A stretch of 64,000 nt of DNA from Takakia lepidozioides (GCA_030704615.1 CM060731.1:36828001-36892000), one strand, 5' to 3'. Positions 24,311 to 37,434 are shown, counted from the first letter of the stretch. Notes: generated by a model not told the origin, from the sequence alone. Numbers and translations: made by a program.

Positions 24311-27300
24311 TGTAGACACAAGTGTGTTGCGGCAAAACTTAAATCGCTCACATCAGCAATGGGCGGCCCGGTAACAAAAATGAAAGGAGAAACGTGTAGG
24401 TAACTACACCGACCTACTATAGCCGGTTGTCTGCATCTCAAATGCAACATCCGCCCAACCATGTTCACGTAGCTGGTTCGAAGGAGACTCAATAACTTTC
24501 GGCCCTATCGGGCCTCAAGGTTGCTTGTCATAGCCGGCTCTTTCTTACTGGCTTTGTAGTCCAACCTTACTCATAACATTGGGTTTCATAGGTTACATGA
24601 ATTCTATGATTGGACACCAAAGTGGTCAATGTGGTCACACGAGGTTGGGTAGCATGTGCGCAGGCTCACGCCTCAGTGCCCTGCTCACGTGAGCAGAAGA
24701 GGATATGCCGCATATTTCAAGAATATTCTTGAAAAATACTTTAGCGAAAATAAAACATGCTCACGCCGAAATTCACATGAGCACAAACCTGCACACAAAG
24801 TTGGGGCATAGGGAATTTCCTGTCAGTGCCATCTCCATTGTCGTGCGCATACATATTGCTACACAACTACATCGCTGTCCAAAACCACACAACACATGTG
24901 CACGCCACACACTAGTATATCACTAGTCCACCACTGGTCCAGCCACTAGTCCAACCACTAGGCTACAACTAGTCAGTCACTAGGCTGCCACTATGCTGCC
25001 CACTATGGCAGTCACTAGTCCACACAATAGATAACGAAGAAGAATACAAGCACAAGCTCATGCGAGCTGTCGCGCACCTCACTTCGGTAAACTCCCCTTC
25101 AAGTCATAGTTACTCGCTTTGATGCACGCGCCTGACTCCCAACCTGGCCGCCGGGCCAACTTGGAGCTTCGGCTGCTCACCGGGACATAACGGTCCCCCT
25201 TCGCTCCCCCACTAAACCCTCCACCTATTTGGGCCTAGTGGAATTCCCTTTGGTAGATGGCAGTCCGGAACAACTCCCCACTCTTTGGTCGCTTTCCGGC
25301 TCGCTCGCTCACTCACTAGTTTTTGGTCACCAACGGGCTTGCACCATTCTCGGGGTTACTACTCCCTATATATACTTCTGTAGCTGTCCGCGGGGGTTTC
25401 ACAACCAGCCATGCCATTTTATGGCGAACCACCACGAAAACCCTCGACTCCCGGTGATGAGTCGCGGTGAGTCTTGGCCCACTCATCACGGCCCCTATGG
25501 ACCGTGATGAGTCCCAAGACTCCCCACGACTCCCACCACGAGGTCTCCGCCCCCATGGTGAGTCCTATGCCACCCCCATTAAGTCTCGCTAAGCTACCAC
25601 CACCCCTTGTGGAGCCACCCCCACCGCAACCCGGTGTGCGGGGCGCCACCTAGTGAGCGCCTCCGCCTCCTTGAGTGCCTAGGGCACTCAAGGGTGCTTC
25701 AGCCCCCCCATCCTATCCGTGCGCCCCAATCACTACAATTGGGTCCGCCTTGGAATGTTGGCCTGAGGTACGGGAACACGCCGAAAAAACTACGACTTCG
25801 TCCCGAGGCTACACGATTATAGTACGTGAACGGAAGCACGTAGCTTCTGCGTTAGCCCGCACTACAAGGCAACCCTCTCGGTAGCGCAGTTATAGTACGC
25901 GCACGCGCCAGGTGCGCACTAGCACATGAACTCCCAAAGAAGGCACAAGTTTCCTTGCCCCTTGGATGGGGGTCACCCGATTTCGGCACTACGCAAACAC
26001 ACGGTTAACCCAATTTACCTCTCCCACTTTTATAAGCTGGCATGCATTCTACACACTAGCCAACCATACCATGCATCACCATTCCAAACAAAATAGGACG
26101 CACAACATTTGGAAGCCATTTCATTTATAGCACGTTTTGTACAATACAAGTTTTTGCAATCGGATTACTAAGCTAGCTAAGCCAGGCTAAGCATGCATTT
26201 CCTCCCCCACGCTCCAAGGTTGATGTCCCCATCAACGCTTCTTCCGCTTTTGAGGTCGCCCTTCGAAAACTGCAACCGCCTCGGATGCGTTTCCCATTTC
26301 TGAGGCACGCATCCAAGATGCCTCCACCTGATGATAGCCCTTCCATTTGACGAAATCCTCCGTTTCTCGGTTCTTGAACCTCCTTGACTTAAGTATTGCC
26401 TCCACCTCGTACTCAGGTTCATTTTCATGATCCAACAGCATAGGTGGCGGACGCAACACTTGATGCCGATTCGGACGCACTTCATCTTTGAAGTAAGGCT
26501 TCAAAAGGGAGACATGGAATACTGGGTGCACCTTGCTGTTTGCCGGCAGCTCCAATTCATACACATCCTTATTCATGACCTTTCGAATGCGAAAGGGTCC
26601 CGCATACGGAGGTACGAACTTCGGACTGACTTCCGGAGGTAGTCGGAAATTCTTGATGTTCAACCAGACCTCTGTGCCTGCCTCAAACTTCACTTCCCTC
26701 CGCTTCCGATTCGCCTGCCTTTCATACCGTTTCCTAGCTTTGGCAATGTTGTACTTTGCGAGCTTCAACAAATGCTCGCGTTCTTCCAGTACTGCCGCTA
26801 CTGCCGGTTCCTCAACGTCCTGGACGGCCCAACTTGTCGGCACCAGAGGTGCTTTTCCATAGACCAATACGAAAGGGGAAACTCCCGTTGCGGAGTGTTT
26901 TGTGTTATTATAACAGAACTCTGCCGCGTAATTCCGCAAGATTTGCTTCACTACGGAATTCACTCTTTCTGTTTGGCCGTCGGTCGTAGGTCGGAAGGCG
27001 GTGCTCATCTTCAGCCTCGTCCCCATCTTCTTCCAAAGTGCCCTCCAAAATTTACTCGTAAACTTTGGATAGCGGTCCGAGACAATATCCTTCGGGACTC
27101 CATGATGCCTTAAGACGTGGGCGAAATAAAATCGCCCTGTCTCCTGCGCTGTTGCCGTCTCCTTGGTGGGGATGAAATGGCCCATTTTACTGAACCTATC
27201 CACCACCACCATGATTGCATCGAATCCTTTTGACAGCGGCATAGCAGTCATGAAATCCATCGAGACGCTTTCCCAAGTCCCCTCTGGAATCGGCAAAGGT

Positions 27301-28332
27301 TGTAACAGCCCCGCTTGCTTTTTGTACTCGCTCCGGTTTTGTTGGCATGTGGTGCATGTCTTGACATACTCCTCTGCCTCCTCCCTCAGTTTGGGCCAGA
27401 AATACTCTTTCTTCAAGAGTGCCGCAGTGCGCTTGGCTCCGCCGTGGCCCGCAAGCGGGCTATCATGGCATTCTCTCAAGAGGCTATCTCTGATCCCTCC
27501 CTTCGGCACGTAGAGACGCTTTTGCTTATACCGGAGCAGTCCATTTTGCAAGTGGAACTACGATTTAACCCCCATCCTTAAGTCCTGCATCACGGACTTT
27601 GCCAGCTAATCCTTCCGACAAGCCTTCCGGATCTTCCTTTGGAGCGCCGTCTCGCTCTTGTACACCAACAAGAGCTGCCTGCTTTCTACTTAAAGCATCG
27701 GCCACCACGTTGTCTCGCCCCGGTTTGTACTGGATATCCACGTCGAACACCGCCAAAGTATCTTGCCACTTAAGTTGTTTTGGGGACAACTTGGGCTGCG
27801 TGGTAAAATACTTCACCGTGACATTATCCGTGAACACCTTCACTGGGTTGGAACCAACATAGTGGCGCCAAAGCTCAAGACAGTGCACCACCGCCTTCAT
27901 CTCTTTCTTGTGCGTCGGCCACCGTCGCTCCACTTCATTCAGTTTCTTACTTTCGTAAGCCACTGGACGTCCATCTTGCATCAGTACACCCCCAATCGCG
28001 AAGTCCGACGCATCTGTATGTATCTCGAACGGACGATCGAACTCCGGGATTTTCAAGACTGGAGCTTCCGCCACCGCTGCTTCAATTCAGCAAAAGCTTG
28101 GCCACAAAAGGTGTTCCATGCCCAGACTTTAGATTTACACAGAAGGTCTGACAACGGCCCCACGATCTTGGCGAAATTTCTCACATACTTCCGGTAATAG
28201 GAGGCGAGTCCAAGGAAGGATCGCACTCCCGGGACCGAAGTCGGAGGCTCCCAGTCCAAGATCGCCCTCACCTTTCTGTCATCCATTTTGATCCCATCCT
28301 GTGTAATCACATGCCCCAGGAACTCCGCTTTT
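24311..28332 (-). mobile_element. Ty3/Gypsy chromovirus (Tcn1-like): RT C-terminus, RNase H, integrase, chromodomain, PPT and 3' LTR; 5' part lost in the gap
   Basis: RT/connection FLGHVI...VRSFLGLASYYRKY (28053-28332). RNase H TDASDFAIGGVL...DNVVADALSR (27565-28074). Integrase HHCC, SMDF, VVVDRFSKM, TDGQTERVN, plus the chromodomain EYEVEAIL...VKWKGY...SW (26232-27551). The ORFs are separated by frameshifts. A PPT (GGGGGAGGAAA) is followed by TG at 26197. The left LTR boundary (~24.3 kb) is approximate. Confidence 0.93.
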
Positions 28333-28832
28333 NNNNNNNNNNNNNNNNNNNNNNNNNNNNNNNNNNNNNNNNNNNNNNNNNNNNNNNNNNNNNNNNNNNN
28401 NNNNNNNNNNNNNNNNNNNNNNNNNNNNNNNNNNNNNNNNNNNNNNNNNNNNNNNNNNNNNNNNNNNNNNNNNNNNNNNNNNNNNNNNNNNNNNNNNNNN
28501 NNNNNNNNNNNNNNNNNNNNNNNNNNNNNNNNNNNNNNNNNNNNNNNNNNNNNNNNNNNNNNNNNNNNNNNNNNNNNNNNNNNNNNNNNNNNNNNNNNNN
28601 NNNNNNNNNNNNNNNNNNNNNNNNNNNNNNNNNNNNNNNNNNNNNNNNNNNNNNNNNNNNNNNNNNNNNNNNNNNNNNNNNNNNNNNNNNNNNNNNNNNN
28701 NNNNNNNNNNNNNNNNNNNNNNNNNNNNNNNNNNNNNNNNNNNNNNNNNNNNNNNNNNNNNNNNNNNNNNNNNNNNNNNNNNNNNNNNNNNNNNNNNNNN
28801 NNNNNNNNNNNNNNNNNNNNNNNNNNNNNNNN
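28333..28832. other. Assembly gap (500 N)
   Basis: Run of exactly 500 n, probably a placeholder of unknown true size. Confidence 1.
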
Positions 28833-28940
28833 ATCTCTCATTAGACGCAGGACGACAAAGGATGTGTATAGTTCATCATCATATCGAGAGTTGCTAGTGG
28901 TTTTTCTGGAAGATTCTTACTCCTTTCGAGCAACGTGAAC

Positions 28941-31238
28941 ATGATCCTTGGGGGGGACCCTGAACTGTCTTTGTTGCAATAGCAAGCTGGCGAAACCAGA
29001 ATCGTCCCGCTTTGTACTCCTGCATCATCACGCATGACAAGCCTGGAGCGTGAAAAGCTTCGATTGGAGAATTATAGACTGAACAGCGACGTCACACAAC
29101 TGGAGGCCAGAAATAGAGAGCTTCAAAAGAAACTGGAAAGCAAGAGTGAACTGGTGCAACGCCTTCACAGAGATGTCCAAGGAATGATTAATCAGCAAAG
29201 CTCTAAACTTGACGCGAGTTTCCCTTACTTGGCGCAGGGCACGGGAAGCGCGGAATCCACACGGAGCGAAATGTTGAAAGTGCCGAAGTCCATGTCCGCT
29301 ATGTATCAAGCAAAGGCAGAAAGGGCTGACAGCCTCCAAGTGCAGTTAGACACCCTCAAACAAAAGTTGAACACCACAAACAAGAAGTGCAATATGACAC
29401 TCAACTTATACATTAAGGAGAAGTAACCGGAGCGTGTGGCGAAGGCCTGACTCAATACGAGTTAAAAGCACAACGAAGATTCCACCAGCTTCTTGAGGAA
29501 AAAACTGGGGACTTGCGGAGGTTAGTAAGCTCACATCCCTTCTCCTCGGTCTGCCAATTACACACTTCTTTATACTCAAACTTCTTCATGGGATGGGAAA
29601 GGATCACTAGGCAAGCAGCATACATATCGTACAAAACAGAAGCTCTCACTTAGCTGGATCAAGCATTCCTATGTTCTGATTAGTGGACCTGCTTTCCCCT
29701 AAAACTCATTTTGAGTCATACAGCCTTCACCAAAATCTGATTGGAGAACTCTATGCATAACCCCGTGTCCTGAAAATGGCCACTATAATCTGAAACAAGT
29801 TCACTTTTACACCTTGCATTTTTGTCTTTACAAAAACTTTTCTCCTTTTGCGTCAAGTACTCTAGCCATTCAATCCGATGTGAGAGAAATGACAGTAAGC
29901 CTAAGAAATGCTTGGGAAAAACTTGATAGCTTGAAACAAGTTGGCATGCTAAATGTCAGGTTTCGATGCTAACCCGTTTATTTGGCAATGAAAGCTTCTT
30001 TTCTGATGACTTTACAATGATAATGTCAATGCAGTCCTGGAAGGTTGAAATCTAACATTGGGAATGTATTCATTCACATATGCAGGAACAATCCGTGCAA
30101 ACCCAACCACACTCCAGGTAGCTTAGGTGAATTCAGTGTTGATGACATTGATGACGACCCATCAGCAGCACTGCATCCTGCAGTCCGATACAATGCGTCT
30201 CCTTCAAAAGGTAGGGTTTCTCCACCCCGCCATTCTCCATGTTTGCCACCACCAACAACCACCAAGCAGTTGCCACCTCGAAGTTGCAAGAAGATGTCAC
30301 CACCCTGCTCACCACTGCAGGCATATTGTCCCGTATCCATCCCTCGCCTCTACACCCCGCCCTATACAGGTACATCAACCAGTGCTTGTCGATCATGCTC
30401 GCCATCACATGATCGAGAAGTTCCTCCACCCAAGGGATTGGAACCACCGCCCCCCTCTGCTACATCTTCACCAGCCGTTTCACCGTGTCGGGCATGCCAC
30501 AACCGTAGTCCCCCACCCTGCAAGTTTTCACCACCCAAGTCACCACCTGGCACAACACGTCCTGCCTGCTCACCAAGCCATGACTGGTCAATTGTGCCTG
30601 CTCGATTTTCACCACCCTCCACACCTCCACAAATTTGTACTCCACCCTTCCAATGTTCACCACCTCCAAAGCTTGGTACCTCCCCACCCTTCACATGCAC
30701 ACCACCTCAAAAGACATGTGCACCGCTCCCAAAGGTCTGTACACCTCCATCCTTCACATGTACACCCAAGTTCCTAAAGAGTGCGTCACCACCATCACCC
30801 TCTGGCTCGCCGTGTCGAGCGTGTGTGCCATCCCATGACCGCTCCCTACCATATCATTTGCGATCAACACCCCCTCCATCCCCAGCGGCCATGCAAAAGT
30901 GCCCAACCAAAATCTTAACGCCTCCATCTCCGGCATATAGTGTGGGCAAGTGCCCTGAAAGCTCACCACCTTCACCACCTCCTGACTCACCCAAATGCCG
31001 GACCTGCACACCACCCCATGACCGCTCAGTTACGGCCGTCTGTGTGAGACCAACCCCTCCCCTTTGTCTTGCAGCTCTACCTGCTCCAAAATTTGACTCT
31101 CCATCTAAGGATTCAGGGAAGAATTCTCCCTATAGTTGCGACTCCAAGGGTAGCAGTACAGGAACCAACTATAGTTGTGGAGAAAAGGGGAGCAGTCCTA
31201 CAACTTGCGCTTGCTTTCCTATAAGTGGAAGGCAATGA
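28941..31238 (+). pseudogene. Coiled-coil plus Pro/Cys-rich repeat protein gene, apparently disrupted
   Basis: Exon A runs from ATG 28941 or 29034 to 29520 (AG|gttagt), exon B is 29858-29959 (STLAIQSDVREMTVSLRNAWEKLDSLKQ...), exon C is 30086-31238; the junctions are all phase 2. Exon A has an in-frame TAG at 28980 and needs a frameshift at ~29414-29426 to reach its donor. Confidence 0.6.
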
Positions 31239-33506
31239 CATGCAAGCGGCGTCATGCAACAAAGTGCAACACATGGATGTGCGACATGTTTTTGTAGTGG
31301 AAGACAATAACATTGCAAGAGGCATTTTGTGCAACTATATGCAGCACATCACTTGTCCAAGCAATGTGCTTTGTTGAGAGTGTAGCCAATACAACATCCC
31401 CCAGTGGTGGTAGGTTCTCACTCTATTGCTCTCTCCAACCATTTGAAGTAAGCTGTTCCTGAGACAGTATACTTTTCATTAGCAGCAGCAATATTCTCTA
31501 GTTTACAATGCTGTGTTAAGGTATCCAAGGTTCTACACTGGAAATAGTAGTTTTGTCTCAAGCCTTTGAGCATAAACTTCAGCACTTCCAGAATTAACAT
31601 GATTTACAGAGGGTGGACTGTAGAACTGATCTTGTAGTTGAGTATGGGCTAAGGGTCTATATATATGGACCTCTCTACTAGGTTCAATAGATTTTAGGGT
31701 TACATTTGGAAAGTGGTTGCATTTGAAGCCACGGCGAAGTGGATTGATGGCTCTTAAGTTAGTGCGGTGCCTTGGTGCAGTAATAGAGCCACATGAACTC
31801 TGGAGAAGACATTGGGTGTTGGATTGGAGTGTGCCACTCCTTTTTGTCATGGTTGTTGTTGGGTGTTTCATCCTTTTCAAGTAGGCCCCCAAGAAAAACC
31901 TTCAGACATGAGTTGATGGTCTCCGAGCATATGCATATCATTGACCCACAACATCATTTCATACTAAAATTTGGAAGAGGTTGCCGCCGCGCACTCCTAA
32001 GTTGGAGCACAAAACAATCCAGGTGCCCTTGCCTGAAAGGACCCACCAAAGGCAGTGCAAATAATAAGTGTAACTCCAGACAGTGATTGCCCGAAAGGCC
32101 CTCTCCCTGTCTCCCTGTTGAAGTGTGTATGATAGTGGGTCCCACGGAAATTGACCTTTGCTGTCCTACTTGAAGAAAGCAACTAGGAATGGAGGGCAGA
32201 AAGCTGCTCTTTGCTCCAGGAATAGTTAGGGGGAACTGCAGAACTCTAAAGCCTAACGGAGGTCTTCCTAATAAGACCTCGTTCCAAATTTCTCTAATTG
32301 CAGTAACGAAAGCTTCAACCTCAAGGTAAGTGCTCCGTGCAAGATGAAATCACCATCAGTCTTGTGAACTCGTGCTTATGAGAAAAAGACAGACTGTCTA
32401 CACATGAGCCATGCCAGTGATTCTCAGACTACATTGTACAGGTACCGTGGAGTCCAGTCCGTTTCGCTGGGTTTAGTCGAAGAATGATGAATGAGCAGTT
32501 GGCGGCAAATAGCCAAACATACAGGCTAGCAAGCTCTCTCCGTCGCAGCGAGGGCTGCTATCCTTCCACTCATTTCTTGCTCATATCTTACTATACATAC
32601 ACCTCACTGCTTTTCCTTTACATCAGGAAGAAACATTCGGGCCCAAAGGTAGCAAACTGTTCAGCCATTTCAGATTTTCATTAGTGAAGATAAGGGATTC
32701 TAGAGCCAAGCCTACAAACCCCTGTCGCCATCTGTTTCTCTGCCTTCGGGCTGAAGGAAACAACCGGGAGTGACTGTTCACTCACTAATTGGCCCTTTAA
32801 TTGCACAATGAGAGGAAAAGTAACCTCGCCATGAACCGGCTTATGGGCCACTGCCCAAAGAAGGGGAGAAATATTACCACCCACATTTGGGTAGCAGGAT
32901 TTGAACCCAGTATGACCCGAGTGGCATACCACTGCTCTGTTGGTCTGGTGGAGAAATCTCGGGGAGACTGAGATTTTAAGAGTTTTGTAGTTTTGGAGAT
33001 TTGTGGGGTAAGACTTGTCTTGTGAGATTTGGGGGGGGAGTATTTGTGTGCGAGAGTGTAGGGGATGCCACACTTGAGTTCCTGTGAGAGATTTGTGGAG
33101 AGAGAGGGCAAAATGTAGTCTCTCTGTGTAGGATAGAGCGAACAGTAAGTATAGTTAAGCAAAGAAGAAGATTCGCAGAGTGTCAGTAGAGTGTGACAAA
33201 GGCAGAGACAATCAGACTTGGTAGGGTACTTCAGACTATATTCTAACAGTTTATCAAAGGAAAACTGACACGTTCTTTTCAGAGAGCAAGAGAGAGAGAG
33301 GAGCCCTGGAATTTATTTAAGTTAGGAGTTTTGATCAATCTATCATTGAGACGAGAGGGTAAGAGTTCGCAATTTACTAATCCAAAACTACACTAGGACA
33401 GATAGAAGATAGAGACCAAATACTAGTGAGCCACTTGCAAGCATAAACATGTCACCGGTGAGATAAAGATATATAGCCAATCAAGTTCATATAGTCACTG
33501 GGTGAG

Positions 33507-34398
33507 ATGGCTGAAGAAGAAGAAGAAATGGATGAGGAGGGCGAGGAGGGCAAGGAAGGAGAAGAGGGAGGAAATGAAGAAGAGGCATCCACGGCTCGTG
33601 TAGATGAGCCGGGGCCCTCATTGACCCAGCTGACCTTGGCAGAAAATGCCCGTTATGTTGCTGAGAAATTCGATAGTTTATTTGCTCTCACGGACAAAAT
33701 ACAGGTGCTACGCTTCCGCCTGTTATTATGCATTGTTGTTATTGTTCCATCATGAAAATTCATATATGTTACAGTCAATAGATGCAAGGTTTCCAGCTCA
33801 GATTGCACTTGTGGTTTCTAATGTTGAAAATGAGCTCTCTCTCCATCTTTCTCCCCACATTTTTGCTCTATGGTGTGTATGAGCAAGACTATGACTGCAA
33901 ATCAGCCTTAATTTCTCGCTCATCTTGCTCTAGTCAAAACGATATGCACTGTCTGGCATGTAAAGATTCTCACACACACACAGATGTATATATATACATC
34001 TTCCTCTCTTTGTAAACATACAAGTCTTTCTATCGTTCTCTTTCACACAAACCACATTGAAAAGAGCTGCAACTGGATTGAGAGTTTCTAGCAGTTGTAA
34101 GATTCCATATACCTAAGTACAGACAAATGCCTATAAGGAAACATGTATATATCTCTTACATCCTTCCACATCAAAAACACCAAATTTGGGAAAACACCAT
34201 ATTGAGCAGGACAACATGGCAGACATGGAGAAACGTCTGAGGACAGAGTTCGATGGAAAGATTAAAGAACATCATGATGCGGCAATCTTGCGAATCGAAG
34301 CTCTAGATAAGCTCACAACTGAGCATGGACTCAAACTCAATGAGCTCTTCAGTAGGCAAAATCAACAAGCGGTCCAATTGGATGATCTTCAAAACCAA
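33507..34398 (+). CDS. Acidic N-terminus plus coiled-coil protein of unknown function; 3' end unresolved
   Basis: Exon 33507-33704 (MAEEEEEMDEEG...DKIQ|gtgcta) and exon 34210-34398 (DNMADMEKRLRTEF...DDLQNQ|gttggc) join in phase 0. A coding-like segment at ~34796-34884 contains stop codons. Confidence 0.55.
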
Positions 34399-34927
34399 GT
34401 TGGCATCATTTTCTTCCGAATGCATTAAGAAACAAATGGCAACTCAGTCAGTTGTTAGTTGACTTTCACTGCCTTGGTGTGCTGCAAGTCCAGTACTGAA
34501 GGTTGAATTCATGGATTAACAATCAAATCTAATGCAAGACTTCTAGAGTCGAGCTCAACATTGCCTCCCAAGATTCCAATTGTAATTAGATTTGGGAAGA
34601 AAGAACCAAATATTTTTGTCTATAAGAGCGTGTGCATGTGCATTTCCATAGACATTGTCGCCCTCATGGAGAAATTGTGTCATTTTACAAAATGTGCTTC
34701 ACTCCAGCCAACAATTTTTCAAAACTATGTCGTCTCACCGTAACAGAAAATTGTAGCACTACCACCAGTATGGCCAAATATGTTATTCTTCACAGTAATT
34801 TTGACTAGAGACGAGGAGCTCCTATCTTAGAAGATGATGGCAACAACAACTTTTCAGAATGTTTTGTCGGTATTGAAAGCTTAAAAGTTTCAATGGATCA
34901 TAGACTACAATCATAGGAAGTCCAGAA

Positions 34928-37434
34928 CTACCGCCCACGTCCACGTCCCCTGCCGCGGCCCCGTCCTCGTCCCCTGCCAACTGGCTTTCCTGCACATTCA
35001 TGAAGGAAAAAGTTTACCAACTCACATACCAACAGAAGAAGGGACTCATATCATTCGACATCTACGGGGTTTAGGGTAAAAACTCCGGGAACCTTCACTG
35101 CATGAGGCCTCTTTTCAAATGACAATCACAACAGCCTACTATCACCCACCCCATGGGTGCATGTAAAAGATGGTGTGCTTATACATTTCATGTCAGTGGA
35201 CGTGTTGGCTGCTACTGACTGTACACCATCTTCTTAGTACAAGGGCATTCACAATCAGCAGGCGTAGAAAAGTCTTTTCAAACAGTAAATCCTAGTATGT
35301 GCAAGGGTTCAGCTTCCAACAACACTCTTCCAACACGTATACAGTGAAGCCAAGAAGCAGAAAACAGAAATAAACAGAGTTGCTAATTACTCTTTGGAGC
35401 AACCAGTACTCATTATTTCAGTCACTCCCCGTGTATAAATGTAAGGTTGTGAGAAGGGAAGGGATAAGAGGGGGAAAAATGAGGTTTATATTAGCTTGCA
35501 TGAGGGTCCAACAAAACAACTCGTCAAGTGGGAACAAAAATTGGACTGCCTCCATAGGACATAAGACCAGCTAATAGAGGCAAGGACAGGTTAAATGCTT
35601 ATCGACAACAGAATACCACAGCAAGATCACAGTTACAAAAAGAAGCATGTGTGAGAAGACAAGGGCCTACCAGCAATAGGCTTCTTGGTCTTCACATGAG
35701 GAGTGTCTTCAACCAGCAGTGTGTCAAGATTCAAACTGTCTGGGAGAATGTAGTATCGGATATTGTTGCCATGGATGCTGAGATTCTCAAATGCAAGAAG
35801 ATTCTTCCCTTTCAGAGTGACTTTCACAGTTTTCAAATGAGTGTTCATGCTGATATCCACTCCTGCAAGAGGTTTTCCCTTCTGAGTCCAGCTGAGCCAT
35901 CTATTTCCATTGCTTGCAAAGTTTTAACTACCACCCCCATACATTTTCCTTCACCGGTAATAGTGACGACTACAAACTCTAAGAGACTGGCCAAGAAAGA
36001 GCACTTTGCAAAAGAAAGTTCTGTCACTTGAGATGTATAACTGTATTAGGTAGGCCATTCACTGAAACTTCTAAGAGATCTTTGCTAGCGCTGAAGTATT
36101 CTGCAAGTGACTAGAGGCCATAAACAACAGGAGAACTTAGTGTCTGTTCCTGGAACACGACTTAATAGAAGTAACCAAGAGAGTGTAAACCCTGTTAAGA
36201 TTTATAAGTGTCCACACAAGAGTATTAGACCTTGTCAGACTCACAATTATTTGTATTCATGTCCTAGAAACTGTTGTTGTATTCTGGTACTGTTTTGCAA
36301 TGACCATGACATTGGCAGAATGGTAGTCATCACTCCCTCATGTACCAGAGACAACCTCCCCTTCATTAGCTAACCTTGAATATGCCTATGTAATTGCTCT
36401 ATTGGATGTGCCATAGCAACTCCCAAAGGATTGACTAGACTTTTATCTGCCAGTTGAGTACTCATTTGTCTCATCAAACTGCCACCCCTCATTGCCCCAT
36501 ACGCCAGACTTGCAGGACTCACCTATATTTATGTCCATGACGGGAATCCTTCTTCCCCTTTTCTGCACATCCAAAATGGGGGGGTCCATTACCACAATGC
36601 CAACCCATTTCAACTTGACTAAGATTCTTTTTATCAACCACAACTTCACTTTGCGTGAACAAGTGGGATAGTGAAGAATGTACACAAAACAACAGGGACG
36701 TTAAGAGTAAGACAAAGGGACCTATGATTGTGCCGTGCACAATGGTGCCATTCTTCAGCTCTACAGCCGCAGTTTCATTGTTCAACTTCATCAAAAACCT
36801 GGCCCCATCCATGCATAACCCTGTCCATTATGTGGTTCTTTGCAAAAAATTCAAACCCTTACAAATCTGAAGCATTATACTCCCACTACAAAAAGAAAAA
36901 TAGTCACATCTCACGCACTGAAGGAAATAACTCTACCCCCAGTTTTTGGTAACGGTTGTCTACCAGTCCATGAGAAGAAAAGACAATACAAATGTCCTAC
37001 AGTCTTTGCAGAACATAAACCCAAAACCTTAAACCTCGCCCCATGAGGATTGGCCTTTTGAAGGCACAGAAGGAAGGCTTTGATCGTTTGACTATGGCAT
37101 GATTTAACTTCAACTCAGCACCTGGGTTGCAGCTGCTTCATTCCCTGGCAAAGATTGGCTGAATCATTGCGACATAGTCAGATTGTGAACGCTGAGCTAT
37201 CAATAGTTTTCAGCATCATGTCAGTGCTATGCAAATAATGGAACATGGTGACAGTTGGAGAAACACTACGTGGAAAGCGACCAACGCCCACATCCTGCAT
37301 ACAAGCGAAAGACAGACAAGAACATCTACCAAGTCCTGTAATTAGTTCAGCCCATCGTCGGAAACAAAACGTTGAACCCTAGCAGACGATCGACACAAAG
37401 TCCAGACATTAGTGGCCAACCTGACGAGCTTCAT
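34928..37434 (-). CDS. SmD1: Small nuclear ribonucleoprotein Sm D1, 114 aa, divergent copy
   Basis: Exons 37434-37421 (MKLVR), 36798-36722, 35862-35671, 34989-34928 total 345 nt. Protein: [13 protein letters not shown]...[24 protein letters not shown]...[22 protein letters not shown]... with a terminal (GR)n tail. Confidence 0.93.

Noticed and set aside
28288-28938. ORFs spanning the N run
   Set aside because: Artefacts of translating through the assembly gap.
30086-31238. Extensin / cell-wall HRGP call for the Pro-rich ORF
   Set aside because: No signal peptide, Cys-rich rather than Tyr/Lys SPPPP repeats, and it splices to upstream coiled-coil exons.
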